Positions 25,727 to 32,000 of a stretch of 32,000 nt of DNA are shown here, one piece after another; positions within the stretch are counted from its first letter, which is position 1; every line of letters starts with the position of its first letter. The notes beneath the pieces were generated by a model. It ran no database searches. It saw only the letters and a list, made by a program, of their open reading frames with translations, and was not told where the DNA came from. The position numbers and the translations under genes were made by a program. Source of the stretch: Gemmata obscuriglobus (GTDB taxonomy: Bacteria; Planctomycetota; Planctomycetia; Gemmatales; Gemmataceae); assembly GCF_008065095.1 (NCBI RefSeq), contig NZ_CP042911.1, positions 390,001-422,000 of the forward strand, in the 5' to 3' direction.

Positions 25727-25929
25727 AGCGGATGTTCGGGTCGCAGATGTGTCAGTCGTTGGAGAGCCGGGGGTGGGTGCTGGTACGCGTGTCCGGAGTG
25801 CATCACATTTACCGGCACCCGACGAGTCAGCGTTACACGATCGTCCCCGTTCGCCGCAGCAAGCCGATGAAGCCCACCACGCAGCGGCACCTCGCCCGCG
25901 ACCTCACGCCGCTCATCGACGAGTTGTGA
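25723..25929 (+). CDS. hicA: HicA-family mRNA-interferase toxin
   Basis: The 68-aa product carries LESRGWVLVRVSGVHHIYRHP...TIVPVRRSK...TQRHLARDL, which is HicA/YcfA-like (G-x-H-H ... VP). Confidence 0.8.
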   Translation: MKRMFGSQMCQSLESRGWVLVRVSGVHHIYRHPTSQRYTIVPVRRSKPMKPTTQRHLARDLTPLIDEL

Positions 25930-25950
25930 GCTGAGCGCGGGGCGGCCGTG

Positions 25951-26493
25951 TTACTTCTTGTCCGTCAGCCTGCCGGTGATGCCGGACACGCTCGCGCGGG
26001 TCGCACGGATGCGGTCGAGCAGGTTCTGTTTGGCGATGCTGGCGGGGTCCAGCGGGAGCCCGGACACGGAGGGCGACGGCCCCTTCGCGTCCCCCGCGAG
26101 TTTCGCCGCTTCTGCCTTCTCCTCTTGCGTCTCGCCCTTCGACAGCCGGTCCTCGGCGTCCACGAACCCCATTTCGCCGTACATCTGCTTCAACTCGCCG
26201 ACGCGCACCACTCGCTCAAGGCGGATGTACCCGATCTCGTCGTAGGGCACGAAGAACGCGCGGCCCTCGTCGGTCGTACCCCCCTCGCGCCCGCGGAACA
26301 CCAAGTAGGTCGGTTCGAACCGAACGACCACCTCGACCGAGAGGACGAACTGGTTCCGCAGAACCAGGTTCATCTGCGGGTGCGACACCTCCGGGACCCG
26401 CTTGAACATCTCGACGCAGTCTTCGCGGCGCACGTCGGCCTCCTCCGGGGTTCCGTAACTCGGACACAGAATCCGAACGAAGGCACGCCCCAC
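25951..26493 (-). CDS. Hypothetical protein (last gene of the kinase/ECF-sigma strand block)
   Basis: Composition is coding-like with no recognised domain. Candidate starts are the GTG at 26493 or the ATG at 26409 (MFKRVPEV). The C-terminal third is acidic/Lys-rich and low in complexity. Confidence 0.55.
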   Translation of the reverse strand: MGRAFVRILCPSYGTPEEADVRREDCVEMFKRVPEVSHPQMNLVLRNQFVLSVEVVVRFEPTYLVFRGREGGTTDEGRAFFVPYDEIGYIRLERVVRVGELKQMYGEMGFVDAEDRLSKGETQEEKAEAAKLAGDAKGPSPSVSGLPLDPASIAKQNLLDRIRATRASVSGITGRLTDKK

Positions 26494-26545
26494 ACGGGTT
26501 CGGATCTCGTGCGTTCTCGTTCCGATTTCCCGCCGCCGGGCGGGG

Positions 26546-27256
26546 TCAGTCGCGCGTCACTTCGAGCGCCTGGGGCGGTTGGGTGAACCGGCGGTACAGC
26601 CACACCTGCGAGGCGCCGGCCACGAGCCCGCCCGCCGCACACACCACGCGCCAGTCGAGCAGCCGTTCGAGCGGGCCTTTCGGCTCCGGTCGCAGGAAAG
26701 GGACCCTGGGATCGTCCTCGCGCAGCGCCGCAGCTCGGGCCGACCCGGCGTCCTCGAACACACTCAGCGTCAGAGCGAGAACGGCCGTGCCCAATAGCGA
26801 GCCGAGCAGCAGCAACAGAGGGGGACGGGCGAGCGCCCAGGGGTCCCGTTGGTACGGTTGGAGCCGGTACCCGTCGCCGAGCCGCCGCCAGAACTTGGTG
26901 AAGCACATGTCCGCGGCTTCCGGTGTCGCGAACACCACCGCCAGCCCGCTCGTGCCGAGACCGCCGTCCACGTACTCGCCGGTCAGAACGTTCCGCAGCA
27001 AGTCGAGCCTGAGCCGGCGGACCGCGATCAGTTCCACGACCACCGCGAGCGGCCCAAGCAGTTCGTCCAGATTGCCCCCGTTTTCGATCGCGGCGACCAG
27101 TTCGGCTTTCGGCGCGCCCGACAGGGGCGCCAAGTACAGACGGGTGGCGGTGAGCACGACGAGCGAGTGCGAACTCACGTCCGGGTGCGCCCACACCCGC
27201 CGGCGGGTGGCACCGGGAAGGGTCGTGTCGAGTATTATTTCGCCGGGAGCGGCCAT
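26546..27256 (-). CDS. Hypothetical membrane protein: cytoplasmic PH/GRAM-like N-domain plus two TM helices
   Basis: The ATG at 27256 gives MAAPGEIILD. The TM segments are PPLLLLLGSLLGTAVLALTLSVF and VVCAAGGLVAGASQVWLY. No HxxxCxxC anti-sigma motif is present. Confidence 0.6.
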   Translation of the reverse strand: MAAPGEIILDTTLPGATRRRVWAHPDVSSHSLVVLTATRLYLAPLSGAPKAELVAAIENGGNLDELLGPLAVVVELIAVRRLRLDLLRNVLTGEYVDGGLGTSGLAVVFATPEAADMCFTKFWRRLGDGYRLQPYQRDPWALARPPLLLLLGSLLGTAVLALTLSVFEDAGSARAAALREDDPRVPFLRPEPKGPLERLLDWRVVCAAGGLVAGASQVWLYRRFTQPPQALEVTRD

Positions 27257-27433
27257 TACGGTTGGCGGCGTAACGCGGAACGATCTCACGTGTAACCGGT
27301 AGCACGCCGGGGGGGGCGGGTCAAATGGAGGGGAGCGGGGAGTTCAGGCATGATCCGGGCGTGCCGCTACCGCTACTGGCCGCGCCGGCAGGCAGTAGCG
27401 GCTAACTCGAAACGACCGGAAGCCGGTTGATTC

Positions 27434-28066
27434 TCATTCCGCCTGGAGTTCCGGAAACACCGCGGGAGACAGTTTCGCGGCGACGAGGTGATCGTGCAGC
27501 CGCTTCTTGACCTGGAACTTCAGGTTCGCAATGTCCTGCTCCGTCCGCTTCAAACGCGTCGCCACGTCGGCGTTGCCCCAGCCCTTCACGTACAGCAGCT
27601 CGAGCGCCATCACCTTCGGCCACTCGCCCTTGGTCTTGAAGTCGCGCACGAGGTCGCGGAGCGCCTGGCCCAGCGCGGCCTCCTCGCGCTCCCGCTGCTC
27701 CGAGCTGCGGGCCAGCGTCGAGGCGCCGCGCTGCCGGTCGTCGGCCCGCGACATCGCCTCGTCCTCGCTGTCGGTGCCGGTCTGGAACCGGCTCCGGCCC
27801 ATCTTCCGCAACTGGTCTGTCACCTTGTGGGCGGCGATGGTGAACAGCCAGGTCTGCAGGTCACGCTTGTCGTCGTAGTTCACCAGGCTGTTGCTGAACC
27901 CGATGAACGTTTCCTGCACCACGTCCTCGACCGAAGCGTGGTCCTTGAGCCGGCGCCGCACGTACGCCGTGAGCCGGCCCCGGTACCGCTTGTCCAGTTC
28001 GGCCCACGCGGTTTGGTCGTTGGCCCGCACCCGGGCGATGAGCAACCGGTCGGATTCGGTGATCAT
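27434..28066 (-). CDS. ECF-type RNA polymerase sigma-70 family factor
   Basis: Region 2 is VEDVVQETFIGFSNSLVNYDDKRDLQTWLFTIAAHKVTD. Region 4 is ALELLYVKGWGNADVATRLKRTEQDIANLKFQVKKRL. A ~55-aa Ser/Thr/acidic linker joins them. The start is the ATG at 28066. Confidence 0.9.
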   Translation of the reverse strand: MITESDRLLIARVRANDQTAWAELDKRYRGRLTAYVRRRLKDHASVEDVVQETFIGFSNSLVNYDDKRDLQTWLFTIAAHKVTDQLRKMGRSRFQTGTDSEDEAMSRADDRQRGASTLARSSEQREREEAALGQALRDLVRDFKTKGEWPKVMALELLYVKGWGNADVATRLKRTEQDIANLKFQVKKRLHDHLVAAKLSPAVFPELQAE

Positions 28067-28078
28067 GAGCAACCGGTG

Positions 28079-28106
28079 TTTGGTACTTGGTGCTTGGTGC
28101 TTGGTG
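28079..28106. repeat. Heptanucleotide tandem repeat in the sigma-factor leader
   Basis: On the plus strand TTTGGTA is followed by CTTGGTG x3. On the coding (minus) strand this reads CACCAAG x3 plus TACCAAA, ending about 12 nt upstream of the sigma ATG. Confidence 0.6.
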
Positions 28107-28169
28107 CACGCCTCACCGGAAGCGGAAGCGGCACCGGGCACCAGAACACCGAACACTGGACACCAACCA

Positions 28170-28994
28170 CTATACGAGTACCAGCGCCGCCGCGGCCCCG
28201 GCGGCCAGCGCGGCGGCCCCGATCGCGAGCCAACTCGTCAGGTACCCGCGGGTCCACTCGTCGGCCCGGAGGAACAGGAACCCGGCCAGCGCGATCGCGG
28301 TCAGGGAGCCGAGCACCCGCAGCCCGCCCGCCACCCGCTCCTGGGTCCGCAGCTCGCGCACCTGGTCGGCCGTCACCTCCACGTCGTACTCGACGTAAAC
28401 CAGTTCCCCGGTAACTCCGTACCGGGCGAACGTGCTGGCCTCCTCGGCGGCCGGCGGACGCACGGTGCGGCTATCCTTGCGCAGGAACTCGTGGCGCACC
28501 TCGTTGGGCGCCACCTTGTGCCGCACCGGCGGGTCGAGTTCGGCGAGTCGCTTTTCGACCACCTCGCACGCCAGCATCAGGGCGTCCTCCTCGGCCTCTG
28601 CCTCGGTCGCGTACGGGATCGCGCTGCTCACACGCTCGCGGACCACGAGCGCCCCGATCCCGGGGCGGGGCGACGCCTTCGGCGCCGGGGCGGCCTTCAC
28701 AACCAAAACCGGCGGCGCGGGCGGGGCCGGCGGCGTGCCGCCCTTGGGCGCCACCGCCCGGCCGAGCAGCGTGTCCTTCCACGAGCGCCGGACGGCCAGC
28801 TCCGGGTGCGCGTCGGCCTGGGCTTGAGCGGCCCCCGCGACGCAGTCGGCCGCGAGCGCGCCGGCATCGCGCCGGGCGCGATCGGCCTTGCTCCCGGTCG
28901 CGCCGCCGGGCGGCGCGGGTTTCGCGCACGCGGGCAGCGCGAGGCACAGCCCGACCGTCGCCAGTCGGATCAGGTTCCGCCCCACACTCGTCAT
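28170..28994 (-). CDS. Lipoprotein with C-terminal TM helices (hypothetical), located between the kinase and the ECF sigma
   Basis: The ATG at 28994 gives MTSVGRNLIRLATVGLCLALPAC, a lipobox signal. The middle is Ala/Pro-rich, and the C-terminal hydrophobic segments are LGSLTAIALAGFLFL and WLAIGAAALAAGAAAALVLV. It is the last 274 codons of the 857-aa track ORF. Confidence 0.65.
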   Translation of the reverse strand: MTSVGRNLIRLATVGLCLALPACAKPAPPGGATGSKADRARRDAGALAADCVAGAAQAQADAHPELAVRRSWKDTLLGRAVAPKGGTPPAPPAPPVLVVKAAPAPKASPRPGIGALVVRERVSSAIPYATEAEAEEDALMLACEVVEKRLAELDPPVRHKVAPNEVRHEFLRKDSRTVRPPAAEEASTFARYGVTGELVYVEYDVEVTADQVRELRTQERVAGGLRVLGSLTAIALAGFLFLRADEWTRGYLTSWLAIGAAALAAGAAAALVLV

Positions 28995-29026
28995 GACGCG
29001 CCCCCTCCGTTGTTCGTTTCGGCCGC

Positions 29027-30637
29027 TCACGCGCGGGTCCGCGGCGGCGGGCCGGCCCACGGGCTGGCGACCTGCGCGGCCACCGCCGCGATCACCAGGA
29101 CCGCCACCCCGGTCATCGCGGGCGGCGCCTCGTGGGGCCGCAGGAACAGGAACACCACGCCCAGCAGCCCTGCCCAAAAGATCGGGACGAACCGGACCCG
29201 CTCGCGGCGCCGGTAGTCGGTCGCCCGCCACCACGGGCACAGCCCCACGGTGGCCCCGAAGTAGATCAGGTACCGCATCACGGTGCCGAGCGTGTCCTGT
29301 CCCAGCCGGTGCCCGGTGAACAGCACGACGTCGCGGGTGGAGGCGGCCGCGGTGCCCGTCGGCAGCGCCCACCCGTCGAGCCAGAACGCCAGAGCACCGG
29401 CCCCCAACCCCACGGCCGCCTGAACCGCGCGCCGCCCCCACGGGTTGGCCTCGCTCCGCTTCGGCAGCCGCCCCAGGACCATCACCGCCCACGCCAGCGC
29501 TGTAGACAGCAGAAACACGCGCCCGAGCAGCGCCCACTGCACTGGCCCCTGGAACACCGCCCAGGGGGCCGTGCAGGCGGCGGCGACCAGCGGCGCCAGC
29601 GCCACCCCGCCGGCCAGTTCGGTCAGCCGGTCGCGGACGGTGCGCACCGGCGGCCACGCGGGCGGCACCTTCGGCGCTCGCGTGACCCTTGGCACCGGCA
29701 CCGGCACCGCGACCGGCCGCACCGCGTCGGGCGGGGCCAGGTCCAGCGGCTCGGGCATAACCGGGGTCGCCCGTGCGGGCGCCGGGAACGACGGGACCGG
29801 GAACTGGGTGGCGGTCGGCGCGTCGGCGCGTCGGCTGCCGGCGAACACCTCCTCGACCGCCCGCGCCAGCTCCGCGGCGGTCGCGTACCGCTTCGCGGGG
29901 TCCTTCTCTAGCGCCCGCCCGACCACCTCGCGGTACGGGGGTGGGAGCTTCGTCAGGTCCGGCGTCTCCGTGATGTGCTTCAGCAGCACCTCGTAAGGGG
30001 TCTCGCCGTTGAACGGCCGCAGCCCGGTCACCATCTCGTACAGGATGACGCCGCACGCGTAGATGTCGATGCTCGCGGTGTAGTTCCCGTTCTTGATCTC
30101 GGGCGCCATGTAGTAGGGCGTGCCCACCCCGCGGCTCAGCTCGTCGCGCTCGCTCCCGCTGATCCGCCGCGACAGCCCGTAGTCGCCGATCTTGAGCTGC
30201 CCGTGCTCGATGAAGATGTTCCCGGGCTTCAGGTCGCGGTGGACGACGCCCTGGTTGTGGAGGTAGCCGACCCCGCGGCACAGCGCCGCGAACCACTCGC
30301 GCACCACGGGCGTGGGGAGCCCGGTGGGGTGCTTGTTGATGACGTGCGCGAGTGACTCGCCGAACACGTACTCCATGACCACCCAGTGCTCCCCGCGGGG
30401 GTCGGTCCGCAGGTCGAACAGGTGTACCAGGTTCGGGTGCTTGAGGTTGAGGCAGTGGCCGACGCCGCGGAGTTCGGCGTCCGTGCTGTTGCACAGCAGC
30501 TTGAGCGCGACCTCCTTGCCGCCGTCGCTGACGGCGAAGTACACTTCGCCGAACGCGCCCCGGCCGACGCCCCGCTTGAGGGTGAACCCGTCGAGCGGGC
30601 GCTGCCCGGACCGGTAGGTGAACTTCATCGCGGCCAT
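29027..30637 (-). CDS. Ser/Thr protein kinase (Hanks type) with a polytopic C-terminal membrane domain
   Basis: GRGAFGEVY, VALK, HRDLKPGNIF, DYG and YYMAPE are present. A Pro-rich linker is followed by about six hydrophobic helices. The start is the ATG at 30637. Confidence 0.9.
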   Translation of the reverse strand: MAAMKFTYRSGQRPLDGFTLKRGVGRGAFGEVYFAVSDGGKEVALKLLCNSTDAELRGVGHCLNLKHPNLVHLFDLRTDPRGEHWVVMEYVFGESLAHVINKHPTGLPTPVVREWFAALCRGVGYLHNQGVVHRDLKPGNIFIEHGQLKIGDYGLSRRISGSERDELSRGVGTPYYMAPEIKNGNYTASIDIYACGVILYEMVTGLRPFNGETPYEVLLKHITETPDLTKLPPPYREVVGRALEKDPAKRYATAAELARAVEEVFAGSRRADAPTATQFPVPSFPAPARATPVMPEPLDLAPPDAVRPVAVPVPVPRVTRAPKVPPAWPPVRTVRDRLTELAGGVALAPLVAAACTAPWAVFQGPVQWALLGRVFLLSTALAWAVMVLGRLPKRSEANPWGRRAVQAAVGLGAGALAFWLDGWALPTGTAAASTRDVVLFTGHRLGQDTLGTVMRYLIYFGATVGLCPWWRATDYRRRERVRFVPIFWAGLLGVVFLFLRPHEAPPAMTGVAVLVIAAVAAQVASPWAGPPPRTRA

Positions 30638-30860
30638 TACGGACCCCTGCGGCGGGGGGCGCACCACCCCTCTCATTCCTAATGATTCGCACGCCCGGCA
30701 CAGACATTGGAACAAAAATCCGGCGCCGCGGCGGTGGGGCCATTATAACGCCTTCGCGCCCGCGCGGAGCAACACGCTTGCCCCGCGCGGGCCGCGGCGT
30801 AGAACACCGCCGGTCGGGTGCGGGCCGGGTGGCCCGCTCCCCACTCTCGGAGGACCGACG

Positions 30861-31256
30861 ATGAAGAAGCTCGCGCTCGCTGCGTTCGTGTTCGGGCTGG
30901 TCGGGATGCTCGCGCTCGCCGGCACCGCCCGCGCGGCGGACAAGAACGACGCCACCGGCACCTGGAAGGTCACCGCCAAGTTCGGCAAGAAGGACGTGGA
31001 ATCGACCTGGAAGCTGGAGAGCAAGGACGGCAAGCTCACCGGCACCGTTACGATGAACAAGGGGGAGGTCAAGATCGAGGACGGGAAGATCAAGGACGGC
31101 GAGTTCTCGTTCAGCGTGACCCGTGAGATCAAGGAGAACAAGGTGACCAGCAAGTACGCGGGCAAGGTCACCGGGGACACGATCAAGGGCACCGCGACCA
31201 CCAGCTTCAACGACAAAGAGTTCAAGAGCGACTTCGACGGCAAGCGCGAAAAGTAA
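30861..31256 (+). CDS. Small secreted beta-rich Lys/Thr/Gly-rich protein (hypothetical)
   Basis: The signal peptide is MKKLALAAFVFGLVGMLALAGTARA. The pattern GTWKV...GKLTGTV...IEDGKIKDGEFSF...YAGKVTGDTIKG follows. It is divergent from the kinase gene, with a 223-bp spacer. Confidence 0.7.
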   Translation: MKKLALAAFVFGLVGMLALAGTARAADKNDATGTWKVTAKFGKKDVESTWKLESKDGKLTGTVTMNKGEVKIEDGKIKDGEFSFSVTREIKENKVTSKYAGKVTGDTIKGTATTSFNDKEFKSDFDGKREK

Positions 31257-31280
31257 GAGGCACGTGAGCCGCCCGTTCGG

Positions 31281-31316
31281 CGCGGGCGCTCCGCAGAAGC
31301 GCCCGCGGTTCTTAGA
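31281..31316 (+). terminator. Candidate intrinsic terminator
   Basis: A 9-bp GC stem, CGCGGGCGC (31281-31289) paired with GCGCCCGCG (31299-31307), is followed by GTTCTT. It begins 25 nt after the stop at 31256. Confidence 0.4.
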
Positions 31317-31518
31317 TCCTTTCAGCTCAAGAGCTTCGCTCGACTGCTCAGAGCGTCAACGGGACGCACTCGGGCCGATCGCTCGCTTTCCGACCTATTC
31401 GCTTTTCTATTCTTTACAAATCTTGTTGCGGCGAGTGGTGTTGAGCACGTGGCTTCAGGCTTTCGGGCGTTGCCGGCGGCAGAAAACAACAACCCAACCC
31501 AATGCGACATGACACGCC

Positions 31519-32000
31519 ATGATGACGCACCGTGACGCGCTCGAAGTGCTGGCCGCGGTCCGCAGCGACCAGGTTGTCGTGACAACAATGGGGTCGGTCG
31601 CGATCTGGCCGCAACTGTCCGACTCACCGCTCGACTTCCACTACCTGCCGTCGAGCATGGGCCAGGGGGGGCCGCTCGGGCTCGGGTTGTGCCTCGCGAA
31701 GCCGGGGCGCGGGGTGGTCGTGCTCACCGGCGACGGCGGGCTGTTGATGAACCTCGGGTGCCTGGTGACTGTTGCGCAGGTCGAGGTGCCGCTGTACATC
31801 GTGCTGATCGACAACGGGCTGTACGAGGTGACCGGCGGGCAGGCGGTTCCCAACGCGGGCGGCACCGACTTCGGGGCGATCGCGCGGGGCGCCGGGATCG
31901 GCCGCGTGTACACGTGCGACTCGCGCGCCGGGTGGGAAGCGGTCGCGGGCGAGGCGGTGGCGGGGAACGGCCCGGTGTTCGTGTGGCTGAAGGTTCAGGG
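31519..32000 (+). CDS. Thiamine-diphosphate-binding (PP) domain protein, sulfopyruvate/phosphonopyruvate decarboxylase beta-subunit-like; 3' end beyond the window
   Basis: This ORF is not in the track because it runs off the window edge. The ATG at 31519 gives MMTHRDALEVLAAV...SSMGQGGPLGLGL...LTGDGGLLMNLGCLVT...IVLIDNGLYE, a GDG-x(26)-N TPP motif. Confidence 0.75.
   Translation, partial: MMTHRDALEVLAAVRSDQVVVTTMGSVAIWPQLSDSPLDFHYLPSSMGQGGPLGLGLCLAKPGRGVVVLTGDGGLLMNLGCLVTVAQVEVPLYIVLIDNGLYEVTGGQAVPNAGGTDFGAIARGAGIGRVYTCDSRAGWEAVAGEAVAGNGPVFVWLKVQ

Noticed and set aside
28170-30743. An 857-aa minus-strand ORF that looks like one giant protein.
   Set aside because: Most of it is Arg/Gly/Pro/Ala-rich off-frame read-through of the kinase gene. 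Only its last 274 codons (28994-28170) are a plausible lipoprotein gene, with a lipobox and TM helices. The kinase motifs are in the other frame (29027-30637).

Overview
This is a high-GC (roughly two-thirds G+C) bacterial chromosomal segment that is densely coding on both strands. Two DUF1559-type genes (prepilin-like N-terminal methylation motif plus C-terminal H-X9-DG), many exported or lipobox proteins, and an ECF sigma factor linked to a Ser/Thr kinase suggest Planctomycetota, Gemmata-like. That taxonomic call is inference only.

I support about 38 protein genes:
- an osmoprotectant-type ABC transporter
- two esterases
- a eukaryote-like cyclophilin
- clpS
- two DUF1559 modules
- an AlkA-like glycosylase
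- a macro-domain protein
- queF and queC (divergent)
- pyrD
- an FHA protein
- an AtuA/DUF1446 pair plus a crotonase
- a tight PfkB kinase / GNAT / ADP-ribosylglycohydrolase block
- hicBA
- a five-gene minus-strand module: Ser/Thr kinase, lipoprotein, ECF sigma, membrane protein, unknown protein
- two separated halves of a ComD/ComE-like thiamine-diphosphate decarboxylase

I recognised no rRNA, tRNA, CRISPR array, transposase or integrase.

The non-coding features most worth a second look are:
- a ~130-bp nested-palindrome repeat family, with two copies showing compensatory stem changes and a flipped centre
- a 1.2-kb gene-free stretch (12.5-13.7 kb) with a ~225-bp tandem duplication, decamer repeats and stable hairpins
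- an AT-rich array of phased ACAGGAT heptamers

Many long ORFs in the supplied track are antisense or off-frame artefacts of the high GC content and were rejected. All family assignments come from motif recognition by eye; no database search was run.
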